NCBI GenBank assembly: GCA_963727525.1
Contig: CAVSGO010000004.1
Coordinates: 15,178-79,177, forward strand
Direction: 5' to 3'
From: an uncultured bacterium
GTDB taxonomy: Bacteria > Krumholzibacteriota > Krumholzibacteriia > LZORAL124-64-63
Length of the DNA stretch: 64,000 bases
The position numbers and the translations under genes are program-made. Positions 1 through 10,092 of the stretch are shown in pieces. Under the pieces are notes generated by a model that had not been told where the DNA came from, searched no databases, and saw nothing but the letters and a program-made list of their open reading frames with translations. Positions within the stretch are counted from its first letter, which is position 1. Each line of letters begins with the position of its first letter.

Positions 1-1
1 A

Positions 2-1210
2 GTGGGCCGTCACGGTATAGGCGTCGGCCGCCGTGATGCGCTGATACTCGCCGAATCGCGCGTCGGTCAGGTGGGGACCGAGGTTGGGATCGTGGAGTTG
101 CGCGATCTCCACCTCCGCCGCCAGCGGCTGGCCGGTGACGGCGTCGCTCACCGTGCCCTTGATGCCCGGGCCCGCGATCACGCGATCGAGGAGGGCCACG
201 CTGCCGCGCGCCACGCGGGTCGCGATGGTGTCGACCACGGCGTCCGCCCACCAGCAGTGGTCCGCGATCTCCATGATGTAGCAGAGCGTGCCGGCGCGTC
301 CGTACAGCCAGTTCTGCTCCTTGGGCAGGGTGTCGTAGCCGAAGATGGTGTTGTAGGGATTGTTGTCCTCGTTGCGCGTCTGGGCCGCCCAGTTCTCGGC
401 GACCGACCGGGCGACGTAGTAGTCGGGCGCGATGCTGCCGCCATGCGTGCTGACCCACGGATAGAAGATGTAGCTGTGCCAGCTGATGGTCACTGGCGAG
501 TGGTAGTCGACCACCACGAGTGGCCGTTCCGTGAGCACGAAGTCGCGCAGCGCCACGATCTCGGACTCCGACCACGGCGACGGGCCGCGATATTTCTGCG
601 AGGCTGGATCGGTACCGTCGTACTCGTTCCAGTACCAGTCCCAGTTGCGGTCGAGGTCGACACCGTCCTGGGGAAAGTCGACCATGCCATTCTGATTGTT
701 GTCGCGCAGGGTCTTGCGCCAGTCGGCCCAACTCGGCTCACCACTGAAGACATAGCGGTGGCCGTCGGGATTGAACACCGGCACGAACCACAGCTCGAGG
801 CTGTCCACGCGCGCGGTGACGGCGGGGTCGTTGCCGTAGCCTTCCAGCAACGTTGCCATCTGACGCATGATCGCGCCTGTACCGTTGCACTCGTTCGCGT
901 GCTGGGCCGCGTGGAAGAGGATGCCTGGCTCGTCGGGTTCGCTGATGTCGGCGTGGTCGCTGATGCGCGCCATCAGGATGGGTTCGCGCTGTCCGCTGAG
1001 ACCCAGCGTCGTCTGCTGGAAGATCGCCGGGTACTGCGTCTGCCACGCATCGAACTGCGCGGCGATGTCGTCGAGTCGCCAGTAGCGCGGATCGGGTTGC
1101 TGGGCCTGGGATACCGCGGCCAGCGCCACGGCGAGGAGCGCAAACACGAGAGACCGTGACACGGAAAGCTCCGGAACGTTCGGGTGACGGAAATCGAAGT
1201 CCGTCTTCAT
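2..1210 (-). CDS. Secreted M14 zinc carboxypeptidase (carboxypeptidase T-like) with carboxypeptidase regulatory-like domain; runs off the left edge, absent from ORF track
   Basis: Manual translation from ATG 1210: signal-like LVFALLAVALAAVSQA; QHANE (HxxE), WFVPVFNPDG, WRKT, GVDLDRNW, YRGPSPWSESE, VDYHS, then GIKGTVSDAVTGQPL. No stop before the window edge. Confidence 0.9.
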   Translation of the reverse strand, partial: MKTDFDFRHPNVPELSVSRSLVFALLAVALAAVSQAQQPDPRYWRLDDIAAQFDAWQTQYPAIFQQTTLGLSGQREPILMARISDHADISEPDEPGILFHAAQHANECNGTGAIMRQMATLLEGYGNDPAVTARVDSLELWFVPVFNPDGHRYVFSGEPSWADWRKTLRDNNQNGMVDFPQDGVDLDRNWDWYWNEYDGTDPASQKYRGPSPWSESEIVALRDFVLTERPLVVVDYHSPVTISWHSYIFYPWVSTHGGSIAPDYYVARSVAENWAAQTRNEDNNPYNTIFGYDTLPKEQNWLYGRAGTLCYIMEIADHCWWADAVVDTIATRVARGSVALLDRVIAGPGIKGTVSDAVTGQPLAAEVEIAQLHDPNLGPHLTDARFGEYQRITAADAYTVTAH

Positions 1211-1361
1211 TCTACCACGGCGGCTGCGCTTCCGACAGCGCCTCCCGCTGAGACACCCTGGTCATCGGCCTTGCCTGCCGCCGTCGCCGACGGCGACGCC
1301 GCTCGTCATCGCACCGGCGCGATCGAGGACGGCGCCGCCAGCCAACGTCGGCGATCCAGAT

Positions 1362-1631
1362 CTAGAAACAGGCTGCGAACATCGCGAGGTCGAGCAGGTT
1401 GATGATGCCATCGCCGTTGAGATCGGCAAGCGGGTTGTAGACGCCGCTGGTGTAGGCGCCGGCGAACAGGGCCACATCGGACAGGTTGACGAGACCGTCG
1501 CCGTTGAGGTCGCAGTACGGCGGCGGGACAGGGGTTTGCGGTTGCGGAGCGGGCGATGCGGCAACGGTCGCGCCGATGCCGATCAGCAGGACGATTCCCA
1601 GACACGAGACGGGGATACGCTTCTTGATCAT
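1362..1631 (-). CDS. Small secreted stand-alone dockerin/EF-hand-repeat protein (89 aa)
   Basis: AGGAGG RBS before ATG 1631; signal peptide, Pro-rich linker, two repeats DLNGDGLVNLSD / DLNGDGIINLLD. Confidence 0.85.
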   Translation of the reverse strand: MIKKRIPVSCLGIVLLIGIGATVAASPAPQPQTPVPPPYCDLNGDGLVNLSDVALFAGAYTSGVYNPLADLNGDGIINLLDLAMFAACF

Positions 1632-1967
1632 GGCGAGACCCTCCTGTGATGTTGGTGGGTTATTTAATGGATAGGGATCCACTCCGATTTTGACAAGGGT
1701 CGTCCCTGGTGTCAAGCTGGCCAGAGCGGCGACGCGCATTTCCCGGCGTGGCAGATAGGGTCGAGGTGATCGACCTCGCGTTGCACCATCTCGGCCCGGA
1801 TACGGCTGCTCCGTTGCCTTTCACCTGGTTGACAGAGAGCTATCGGGACGTGGTGCCTTGGATGGTTGTTGCGGGCTCCTGCCGCCAGACCTGCCGGTTG
1901 CATCCGGACAGCTATATTGGGCGCGTCCCGAACCACGGTCCTCGGAAGCATGGGAGCGAGCGACAGC

Positions 1968-2360
1968 ATGGACCCGTCTCGCAATGTTCTCGGTGGCAAG
2001 CTCGAACCCTGCTGTCTCGACCCGGTGACTGGGTTCTATCGCACGGGCCGCTGTCAGACGGGCGACGACGATATCGGATCCCACACGGTATGCGTGCGAG
2101 TGACCGAGGAGTTCCTGCTCTTCTCGCGCCTGCACGGCAACGACCTCTCGACGCCGAACCCCGAATGGGGCTTCCCGGGACTCAAACCGGGCGACCGCTG
2201 GTGCCTCTGTGCGCCACGCTGGCAGGAAGCGCTGAGGGCCGGCTGGGCGCCGCCCGTGGTGCTCGCGGCGACGCACGAGCGCGCGCTCGAGCACGTCTCC
2301 TTCGTCGACCTGCTCGAGCACGCAATCGATCCGGTGAGCAAGGAAGAGGGGCGAGGCTGA
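1968..2360 (+). CDS. DUF2237 family protein
   Basis: NVLGGKLEPCCLDPVTGFYRTGRC, GNDLSTP, FPGLKPGDRWCLCAPRW, ATHERAL motifs. Confidence 0.9.
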   Translation: MDPSRNVLGGKLEPCCLDPVTGFYRTGRCQTGDDDIGSHTVCVRVTEEFLLFSRLHGNDLSTPNPEWGFPGLKPGDRWCLCAPRWQEALRAGWAPPVVLAATHERALEHVSFVDLLEHAIDPVSKEEGRG

Positions 2361-2381
2361 CGCCTTGGACCTCGCCGCCGA

Positions 2382-3593
2382 TCAACGTCGGGCCTCCTCC
2401 CGCCGCCGGAAATACTCATCCATGTCCTTGTCTCCACGTCCGGACAGGTTGACGACCACGAGCGCGTCGCGATCCAGCTCGCCGCGCAGGTGCTCCAGGT
2501 GCGCGAGAGCATGGCTGCTCTCGAACGCTGGTACGATGCCCTCGAGACGGCAGAGGCGTGCGAACGCATCCATCACTTCCTCGTCGGTCACGGATGCGTA
2601 CGACACACGGCCCGTGTCCTTGAGGTAGGCGTGCTCGGGGCCGATGCCCGGATAGTCGAGTCCGGCTGCGATGCAGTGGTCGCCGCCGGCGGTGACCTGG
2701 CCTTCCGCGAGGCAATACGTGTTCATGCCGTGGATCACGCGCGGCGCGCCGAGCGTGAGCGTGGCCGCGTGGCGACCCGACGCGAGCCCGCTGCCGGCCG
2801 CCTCGACGCCCACCATCGCCACGTCGTCGTCGAGGAACGGGTGGAACAACCCGATCGCGTTGCTGCCGCCACCGGCGCAGGCGACGAGCAGATCGGGAAA
2901 GCGACCGCACTGATCGAGCACCTGGCGCCGCGCCTCGCGGCCGATGACCGACTGGAATTCGCGCACCATGAGCGGATAGGGATGTGGCCCCACGGCGGAG
3001 CCGAGCAAGTAGAACGCCGTGTCGCCGGCGGCGACCCAAGCGCCGATGGCCTCGTCGACGGCGGCGGTGAGCGTGCGATCGCCGCTCTCGGCGGGCACCA
3101 CCCGGGCGCCCAGCAGTTCCATGCGCAGCACGTTGGGCCGCTGCCGGCGCATGTCCTCGGCACCCATGTAAATGTCGCAGTCCAGACCGAGTCGCGCCGC
3201 CACCGCGGCCGTGGCGGTGCCATGCTGGCCCGCGCCGGTTTCCGCGATGAGCCGCGCCTTGTCCATGCGCCGGGCCAGCAGTGCCTGCCCGAGGCAGTTG
3301 TTCAGCTTGTGCGCGCCCAGGTGATTGAGATCCTCGCGTTTGAGCAGCACGTTGAAGCCGAGATGCTTGCTCAGACGCTCGGCGTGGTAGAGCGGAGTTG
3401 GGCGACCCGAGTAATGGCGTAGCTCGCCGGCCAACTCGGCGTTGAAGAGCGGGTCGTCGCGAAATCGCTGGAACGCGTCCTCGAGGGCCTGCAGCGGCGC
3501 CTCGAGTGGGGGCGGGACGAACCGTCCGCCATAGGGGCCGAAGAAGCCGGCGGCATCCGGCATCGACTGGGCATTGGGCTGGGGCGTGGCCAT
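2382..3593 (-). CDS. trpB: Tryptophan synthase beta chain (TrpB1 type), no adjacent trpA
   Basis: [15 protein letters not shown] (PLP Lys), [36 protein letters not shown]; GGAGG RBS before ATG 3593. The ORF-track 5' extension is spurious. Confidence 0.97.
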   Translation of the reverse strand: MATPQPNAQSMPDAAGFFGPYGGRFVPPPLEAPLQALEDAFQRFRDDPLFNAELAGELRHYSGRPTPLYHAERLSKHLGFNVLLKREDLNHLGAHKLNNCLGQALLARRMDKARLIAETGAGQHGTATAAVAARLGLDCDIYMGAEDMRRQRPNVLRMELLGARVVPAESGDRTLTAAVDEAIGAWVAAGDTAFYLLGSAVGPHPYPLMVREFQSVIGREARRQVLDQCGRFPDLLVACAGGGSNAIGLFHPFLDDDVAMVGVEAAGSGLASGRHAATLTLGAPRVIHGMNTYCLAEGQVTAGGDHCIAAGLDYPGIGPEHAYLKDTGRVSYASVTDEEVMDAFARLCRLEGIVPAFESSHALAHLEHLRGELDRDALVVVNLSGRGDKDMDEYFRRREEARR

Positions 3594-3618
3594 CTCCGTG
3601 TCCTCCTGCTTTTTACAT

Positions 3619-3652
3619 AAAGAAAACCGCCGGCTTCTTGCGAAGCCGGCGG
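3619..3652 (-). terminator. Attenuator intrinsic terminator upstream of trpB
   Basis: Minus strand CCGCCGGCTTC-GCAA-GAAGCCGGCGG (11-bp perfect stem, GNRA loop) followed by TTTTCTTT. Confidence 0.9.
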
Positions 3653-3676
3653 CGGATCCGTTGAGCTCGTGCGCAG

Positions 3677-3751
3677 CTAGCGCGGCCCAGACCCGTCCGT
3701 CCGGCGGTGACGCCACCACGAACGACGGGACATGATCAAGACCTGCAGCAC
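3677..3751 (-). CDS. trpL: trp attenuator leader peptide [24 protein letters not shown] (GTG start; alternative ATG at 3733)
   Basis: GAAAGG RBS 6 nt before GTG; tandem TGG TGG codons at 3713-3718; TAG at 3677-3679 just before the terminator. Confidence 0.85.
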   Translation of the reverse strand: MLQVLIMSRRSWWRHRRTDGSGPR

Positions 3752-3778
3752 GACGAACCTTTCGTTGAACGTCGCATG

Positions 3779-3807
3779 ATGATACAGGAAACCTCAGATT
3801 CGCGCAA
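3779..3807 (-). promoter_or_regulatory. Sigma70-type promoter for trpL-trpB
   Basis: Minus strand TTGCGC-N17-TATCAT directly upstream of the leader. Confidence 0.6.
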
Positions 3808-3878
3808 CAGGGGTGTCCGCCACTGTGGATTGGATTTAGTTGATGGTATCGTCTTCGCACCACCGCGAGGAGGCCACG

Positions 3879-6800
3879 ATGTTCCCGCGCTTCGGCGCCG
3901 CGTTCCTGCTCATCGCCGTCAGCTCCACGTTCGTTCTCGCAGCGACGGACGGCGACGTGCGCGTCCTCGCCGTCGACCGCGTGGGGCAGGTCGCAGGACT
4001 CGATCCCGCGGGCGACGTGCTCTCCGTGAGTCTGCATCACGAGATCACCGGCGACTGGCTGCGCGTGAGTTTCGTATCGGTCGCCGGCGATCTCGCGGGC
4101 GTGGTGGCGGGCGATGGTGTGGCTTCGCGGCCCGCGTCGATCCCGCTGCGGATCGAGGCCGCCACGGCATCGGGCACGGAGGTGCTCGTCGACTCGGCGT
4201 TGCGCCGCACCACGACGAGCTACGGCGTCGACAGCCATTCCGGCTTGACGATGCGTGTGGGTGATCCCGATGCGGTGTGGCTCGCCCTTCCCGTGCTACT
4301 GGCGACGCCAACCACGGTGTTCACGGTGACGACGCTGCCTTGCGAGGTCGTACGCACTACGGCGGGCGCCCGCGCGTACGCTGCGAATTGTGCCCTCGTC
4401 CTCGGGGCAGCGTCGGGGATCGCCGATGCGGACGCGTTTCATGTTCGCAATGCGGACGGTGGATACTCCGGTCTCGACGAAGCACTACGCGTGCACGAAG
4501 CCGCCCGCGTACCGGGCAACTTCCACGTGTCGGGTCCGTTGCAGACCGCGGCGGCCTGGGCCGCCGCCGGCGGGGCTACTCGCGACTTCAATGCCTGGCT
4601 GGCCGCCGGGGTGAAGGCCGGCTGGGCTGACATCGTGACCTCGGCGTATGCCCTGCCCATCATGCCGTTCCTGCCCAACGCGCTGAACGACCTCGCGGTG
4701 AGCACCGAGACCAGGATGGCGGCGTGGCGCTACGGGGCGACGCCCACCGTCGGCTGGGTCCCGCGGGGCGTGTGGTTGAGTCGTGGCGAGTATCCGTCTC
4801 GCGGTGTGCTCGACGATATCGCGGACAACTGGCTCCCTTACGGCGTGCGTGCCGTGATCGTCGACGCGGACGTGCACCTGCGTGGTCACGACGTGCACCG
4901 TATCTCCACGCTGGCGAGCAACGGCCTGCGCCTCGTGCCCCGCGATCCGGCCTTCAGCCGCGCCATCGTCGGCGGCGACGGGCGCACCGCGCTCGGCATC
5001 GTGGCGGCTCTCGCCAGTGACGGCGCGGGCGCAGGCCGCCTCGCGGTGATGGCTGCGAACTGGTCGTCGGTCGCCGGAATCGGCGACGAGGCCGCGGCGA
5101 CGCCGCGGGCCGGGGAAGCGTACGCCTGGTTCGTCGCCAAGTGTGCTGCTGAGCGTGCTTGGCTCACCACCTGGAAGCTGAGCGAGGCAGTGGCGAACCC
5201 GGCCTTCGCGGGCGATACGATCTCCATCACGCCGGGAGCCGCGACGGAGTTCGGTGGTGTCGGCGGCTACGGCGGCAGCGACAACCTCTGGTACGCACGG
5301 TGGAGCGCCTGGGTCCCGTACGCCACGGGCGGCGACGGTCACGGCGATTGCGCGGGTCACTCGGGCAACTGCAAGTCGTTCGGCGCCCTGAAGGACGATG
5401 CCTACCGTGCGCTGCGGGCGGCACCCGACAACACGATCTCCCGGGCCGGCTGGTACGTGCTCATGTCCTCGCTCCGCGAAACCGGGTGGCAGGACGGCGA
5501 ACTCGACGGTCGGCTGTTCCGCGACGCAAGCCACCTCAAACAGGTCATGATCTACGCCGCGGCGGCGCGCTGGGCGGACGGCCAGAGCAAGACCACCACG
5601 GCCGCCTACGCCACCGACATCGACGGCGATGGGACTCCCGAGGTCGTCATGCACAACGATCGCCTCTTCGCAGTCTTCGAGGCCATCGGCGGTCGCTGCA
5701 CGAATCTCTTCGTCAAGGGGCCCGGTTACGCGGACACCGCCATCGGCGTCGACACCGTGCCCTGGTCGGGTACCGGTGCCGATGTCAATGATGACAACCA
5801 CGTGGGCGCGTTCAGCGATGTCGGTCCGAACTACCAGCACGATCCCTACGACCTGCGGGTCGTGCGGGGACACGGCAGGACGGTGACGATCCGGGCGACC
5901 TTCGCCGAGGTGACCAAACAGATCTCCCTCACCGAGGGGCAACCGTGGCTCGAAGCGATCTACGACGTCGGGCCGACGTACCACTGGGTGCGGGCCGGGT
6001 TCACGCCGTCGCTCGTGGACCAGATCTGGAACGCCCGGATGGATAGGGTGGGTCAGGCGTCGCGGGCTTATGTGGGGCAGCGCGATCCGGTGACGGGCGT
6101 GACGGTGGCCTGGGTCCTGGGCCAGGCCGGTGCCGGCTACCAGGGAGACTTCGCGGCCATGCTCATGCGGGGCGACGAGCTGAAGCTCTGGGGCGTGACG
6201 GCGGTACGGCTGTACGCCGGCGTGACGTCAGCACCTGAGAGCGCCGGGGTCACGGAGCTGCAGTCCCTGGCCGACGGGTTCGTCGACACGATCGGGCCGC
6301 GGCCTGTGGCGGCGCTGTGGCACCCGATACGCCGTGTCCTCGAGGTCACGTTCGACCAGCCGATCGTCGAGTCGACCTTCGAGCCTTCGGGGCTCAGTTT
6401 CGATGCCGATGGCGACGGCATCGCCGACGCCGTCGCGGGTGCGGGCGCCGAGGTCATCCCGAGCGATGACATCTTTCGCCTCGCGGTCCAGCTCGACGCT
6501 GCCCACGGCGACGCGCTGAACGCGCACACCGCCGAGGGGCTGCGACTCATCCTGGACGCATCGTCGATCGACGATACTCACGGCGTGGGAAACCCGGCCG
6601 ACTCGGCGGCCGTGCAGTGGGCGGCTCCCACGTCCGTGAACATCGATGGGCGCTTCGATGCCGGCGAGTGGGGGACCTACGAGGAGTATGACGACGGCGA
6701 CAGCGAGTGGGCGAACGAGAACGAGATCGCCAGCCTCCACGTGAGCTGGGACGCGCACTACCTCTACCTCGGATTGCAGGGCCGAGTGAACGACAACTCG

Positions 6801-7598
6801 TGGCTCCTCTATCTCGATGTCGATCCGGGCAGCGAGCATGGTGCGAGCGATCTCTCGGCGATCGACGCCTGGGAGCGAGGCACGGTGTTCACCGCGCCGG
6901 GGTTTGCGGCCGACTTCCAGTACGGGGCCCGGCAGCATCAGACGGGCGACGACGCGCAGAGCCTGTGGCGCATCGATTCCGCGACGCACGCCGTCGACAT
7001 CTCGGCCGCGGCGATCATGGCGTTCGATCCCGATCACGTCCACGGCGACGCCGGCGGCAGCGAACTGGCGATCCCCTGGAACACGCTCTACGGCCTGGGC
7101 CCTCGCAGCGTCCCCGCCGGTGCCCGGATCGCGGTGGCCGCGTCGCTGTGCTGGGATCCGGCGCCCGGCGGTATGCTCGGCGGCGACTCGGTTCCGAACA
7201 ACCGCAGCGCGGTCCTGCCCGTGATCGACCACGTGCTGACCTACGACCTCGATCTGGACAACGACGGCGTCCCCGATCCGCTCCAGCCCACGGCGGCGGT
7301 CGACATGCCGGCGAGCGGCGTCCGCCTCGACCCGCCCTACCCCAATCCTTTCAATCCGATGACCACCGTGTCGTTCACATTGCCATCCGGGGCGCCCGCC
7401 GCCGTGCATCTGGCGGTCTTCGACGCCCGTGGACGCCGCGTGGCCGTGCTGGTGAACGATACGCTCGCTCCAGGCCGGCATCGCGCGACCTGGCAAGGGG
7501 TGGACACCCGGGGACGACCGGTGGCCGCGGGAACCTACTTCTGCCGACTCGTGAGCGAGGGGGCGGCGCGCACGCAGATCATGACGCTTGTGAAGTAG
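3879..7598 (+). CDS. Large secreted protein: GH57-like barrel (degenerate), DUF1926-like supersandwich, CBM9/DOMON-like domain, C-terminal FlgD-Ig sorting domain
   Basis: Signal peptide; [30 protein letters not shown] (GH57-like positions); [17 protein letters not shown]; [23 protein letters not shown]; YPNPFNP..WQGVD..GTYF. Confidence 0.7.
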   Translation: MFPRFGAAFLLIAVSSTFVLAATDGDVRVLAVDRVGQVAGLDPAGDVLSVSLHHEITGDWLRVSFVSVAGDLAGVVAGDGVASRPASIPLRIEAATASGTEVLVDSALRRTTTSYGVDSHSGLTMRVGDPDAVWLALPVLLATPTTVFTVTTLPCEVVRTTAGARAYAANCALVLGAASGIADADAFHVRNADGGYSGLDEALRVHEAARVPGNFHVSGPLQTAAAWAAAGGATRDFNAWLAAGVKAGWADIVTSAYALPIMPFLPNALNDLAVSTETRMAAWRYGATPTVGWVPRGVWLSRGEYPSRGVLDDIADNWLPYGVRAVIVDADVHLRGHDVHRISTLASNGLRLVPRDPAFSRAIVGGDGRTALGIVAALASDGAGAGRLAVMAANWSSVAGIGDEAAATPRAGEAYAWFVAKCAAERAWLTTWKLSEAVANPAFAGDTISITPGAATEFGGVGGYGGSDNLWYARWSAWVPYATGGDGHGDCAGHSGNCKSFGALKDDAYRALRAAPDNTISRAGWYVLMSSLRETGWQDGELDGRLFRDASHLKQVMIYAAAARWADGQSKTTTAAYATDIDGDGTPEVVMHNDRLFAVFEAIGGRCTNLFVKGPGYADTAIGVDTVPWSGTGADVNDDNHVGAFSDVGPNYQHDPYDLRVVRGHGRTVTIRATFAEVTKQISLTEGQPWLEAIYDVGPTYHWVRAGFTPSLVDQIWNARMDRVGQASRAYVGQRDPVTGVTVAWVLGQAGAGYQGDFAAMLMRGDELKLWGVTAVRLYAGVTSAPESAGVTELQSLADGFVDTIGPRPVAALWHPIRRVLEVTFDQPIVESTFEPSGLSFDADGDGIADAVAGAGAEVIPSDDIFRLAVQLDAAHGDALNAHTAEGLRLILDASSIDDTHGVGNPADSAAVQWAAPTSVNIDGRFDAGEWGTYEEYDDGDSEWANENEIASLHVSWDAHYLYLGLQGRVNDNSWLLYLDVDPGSEHGASDLSAIDAWERGTVFTAPGFAADFQYGARQHQTGDDAQSLWRIDSATHAVDISAAAIMAFDPDHVHGDAGGSELAIPWNTLYGLGPRSVPAGARIAVAASLCWDPAPGGMLGGDSVPNNRSAVLPVIDHVLTYDLDLDNDGVPDPLQPTAAVDMPASGVRLDPPYPNPFNPMTTVSFTLPSGAPAAVHLAVFDARGRRVAVLVNDTLAPGRHRATWQGVDTRGRPVAAGTYFCRLVSEGAARTQIMTLVK

Positions 7599-7689
7599 CG
7601 GTTCTGCCTTCAAGATCTGGCCAGGCTCCGGGCTGCCTGGCCCGGGCCGTGTGCCCCGCCTGGACCCACTCGCGAGCGAGGTCGGCCCG

Positions 7690-8553
7690 ATGGAAACCCC
7701 CGGTTCCCGCAGCCACCCGCCCTATCCACCGATCCTGGCCGTCTCGGACGGCACCGGCAGCAGTGCCGATCACCTCATCCGGTCCATGCTCGTGCAGTTC
7801 GGCGATCCGGCGATCCCGGTGCTGAAGGTGCCCGGGGTGAGCACCCCCCAGGACGTGGCCAATGCCGTCTCGCTGGCTGCCGACCGCGGCGGCACGATGG
7901 TGGTGCACACGATTCTCGATGCCCGGTTGCGCACGGAACTGGTGAACCGGGCTCGTGAGCTCGGGATGCAATGCATCGATCTCGTGGGCGAGTTGCTCGA
8001 CGGCCTGGCCCAGCAGCTCGGTCCACCGAGCACGCTGCGTCCGGGACTCTACCGCCGCTTGCACAGCGAGTACTTCCAGCGCGTCGAGGCCATCGACTTC
8101 GCCATCAGCCACGACGATGGTCAGAATCCCGAGGCGTTGCCGGATGCCGACATGGTGCTGCTCGGCGTGTCCCGCAGTGGCAAGACGCCGCTGAGCATGT
8201 ACCTCGCCATGCAGGGCTGGAAGGTGGCGAACGTGCCGCTGGTGGCGGGCATCACGCCACCGAGCCAGCTCGCGCAGGTCGATCCGCGCCGGATGGTAGG
8301 GCTGACGATCAGTTCCGAGCTGCTCGTCCATCACCGCGCGTACCGCCAGTCGGCCCTGGGCACGTTTTCCACGCTCTACACCGATCCGGCGCGCATCTTC
8401 CACGAGATCGAGACGGCACGTGTCTACTACAAGCGCATGCGCGTGCCGATCGTGGACGTGACGAACAAGCCCATCGAGTCGAGTGCGCGGGAGGTGGTGA
8501 GCGCGATCACGCGCCGCCTGGGACCCGAGAACCTGCCGGGGCAGGAGATCTGA
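7690..8553 (+). CDS. Pyruvate/PEP dikinase regulatory protein (DUF299 kinase/pyrophosphorylase)
   Basis: VSDGTG, YFQRVEAIDFAISHDDG, LLGVSRSGKTPLSMYLA, KVANVPLV, DVTNKPIE. Confidence 0.93.
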   Translation: METPGSRSHPPYPPILAVSDGTGSSADHLIRSMLVQFGDPAIPVLKVPGVSTPQDVANAVSLAADRGGTMVVHTILDARLRTELVNRARELGMQCIDLVGELLDGLAQQLGPPSTLRPGLYRRLHSEYFQRVEAIDFAISHDDGQNPEALPDADMVLLGVSRSGKTPLSMYLAMQGWKVANVPLVAGITPPSQLAQVDPRRMVGLTISSELLVHHRAYRQSALGTFSTLYTDPARIFHEIETARVYYKRMRVPIVDVTNKPIESSAREVVSAITRRLGPENLPGQEI

Positions 8554-9179
8554 TGGACCCAGGCGCCCTGCTGCCATACCTCGGTGCCTGCGTGCTGCTC
8601 ACTCTCGCGCCCGGGCCCGACAACATCTTCGTCATCACACAGGGCCTGGCGCGCGGACGGTGGCTGGCGCTGTGCGCGGCGTGGGGGATGGTGAGCGGCA
8701 TCCTCCTGCACACCACGGCCGCGGCCCTTGGCATCTCGGCCGTCTTCGCGGCCAGCAACCTCGCCTTCCACGCCGTGAAGTATGCCGGCGCTGCGTACCT
8801 GCTCCTGCTCGCCTGGCGCACGCTGCGGGAGCGTGGCGTGCTACACGTGGGCGCGGGCGCAACGGCCGCCGGCGCGTTCGCCCTCTACCGCCGCGGTTTC
8901 CTGATGAACGTGCTCAACCCCAAGGTGGCCCTGTTCTTTCTCGCGTTTCTGCCCCAGTTCGTGCGGCCTGGTGCAGGCTGGCCGGTGTGGTTGCAGATGG
9001 CGGCGCTGGGTCTGGTGTTCATGGTGCAGGCGTTCGCACTCTTCAGCCTCATCGCGCTGTTCTCCGGGACGCTCGGCGAGGTCCTCACGCGCAGCTCGCG
9101 CGTGCAACGGATCTTCGGTTGGCTCACGGCCGCCGTATTCATCGGTCTGGCCCTGCACCTGGCGCTGGCCGGGCGTTGA
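8553..9179 (+). CDS. LysE/RhtB family translocator
   Basis: APGPDNIFV, KYAGAAYL, MNVLNPKVALFFLAFLPQF; TGATG overlap with upstream gene. Confidence 0.93.
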   Translation: MDPGALLPYLGACVLLTLAPGPDNIFVITQGLARGRWLALCAAWGMVSGILLHTTAAALGISAVFAASNLAFHAVKYAGAAYLLLLAWRTLRERGVLHVGAGATAAGAFALYRRGFLMNVLNPKVALFFLAFLPQFVRPGAGWPVWLQMAALGLVFMVQAFALFSLIALFSGTLGEVLTRSSRVQRIFGWLTAAVFIGLALHLALAGR

Positions 9180-9261
9180 CGCACTGGCCGGGCAGTGAGG
9201 ACCATGGTATCGTGATCTGCATACCGAACGGCTCTATTCACGCTCGACAGGAGTGTTTGCC

Positions 9262-10080
9262 ATGCCGGCCAAGGTGCCCGGCCGCCGCCACGCGGTCCTT
9301 GCCCTCGCCCTCGTCCTGATCATCCTCGTCGCAGCCTGCGCCACGGTGCCTGTCACCGGCCGCAAGCAGCTCAACCTCGTGCCGTCGGGACAGATGCTCT
9401 CGATGAGCGGTCAGGAATACGACCAGTTCCTGTCCGAACACCCGCTGAGCCAGGACGCCGGGGCCACCGCGATGATCAATCGAGTGGGCGCCCGCATCCA
9501 GGGCGCCGTGGAGAAGTACTTTCGCGACAACGGCATGTCAGACCGTCTCGATGGCTATCAGTGGGAGTTCAACCTGGTCCAGAGCGACGAGGTGAACGCC
9601 TGGTGCATGCCCGGTGGCAAGGTCGTGTTCTACACCGGGATCTTGCCGGTCTGCAAGGACGACACGGGTGTGGCGGTGGTCATGGGCCATGAGGTCGCCC
9701 ATGCCGTGGCCCAGCACGGCAACGAGCGTATGAGTCAGGGGCTCCTGGCGCAGTTCGGGGGGATGGCGCTCGATCAGGCGCTCTCCAGCAAGCCGGAGCA
9801 GACGCGGCAGCTCGCCATGACCGCGTTCGCCGTGGGCGCCCAGTACGGCGCTCTGCTGCCGTACAGCCGTCTGCAGGAGAGCGAGGCCGATCACCTGGGT
9901 CTCATCTTCATGGCGATGGCCGGATACGATCCTCACGCGGCGGCGGATTTCTGGCAGCGCATGTCGTCCCAGGGTGGCGGGGCGCCGCCGGAGTTCATGA
10001 GCACGCACCCCTCGGACGAGTCGCGTATTCGCAAGATCCAGGAGGAGCTGCCGGAGGCGTTGCAGTACTACCGGCCGTGA
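9262..10080 (+). CDS. M48 family metallopeptidase lipoprotein
   Basis: Lipobox VAAC-ATVPVTGRKQL; NAWCMPGGK, HEVAH, YSRLQESEAD, STHP. Start 9253 or 9262. Confidence 0.93.
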   Translation: MPAKVPGRRHAVLALALVLIILVAACATVPVTGRKQLNLVPSGQMLSMSGQEYDQFLSEHPLSQDAGATAMINRVGARIQGAVEKYFRDNGMSDRLDGYQWEFNLVQSDEVNAWCMPGGKVVFYTGILPVCKDDTGVAVVMGHEVAHAVAQHGNERMSQGLLAQFGGMALDQALSSKPEQTRQLAMTAFAVGAQYGALLPYSRLQESEADHLGLIFMAMAGYDPHAAADFWQRMSSQGGGAPPEFMSTHPSDESRIRKIQEELPEALQYYRP

Positions 10081-10092
10081 TCGGCCGCCGGG

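Noticed and set aside
2-1159. 385-aa plus-strand ORF
   Set aside because: Antisense shadow of the minus-strand M14 peptidase, which has clear catalytic motifs.
3594-4238. Long N-terminal extension of TrpB in the ORF track
   Set aside because: It overlaps the attenuator and the divergent gene; a proper RBS and ATG exist at 3593.
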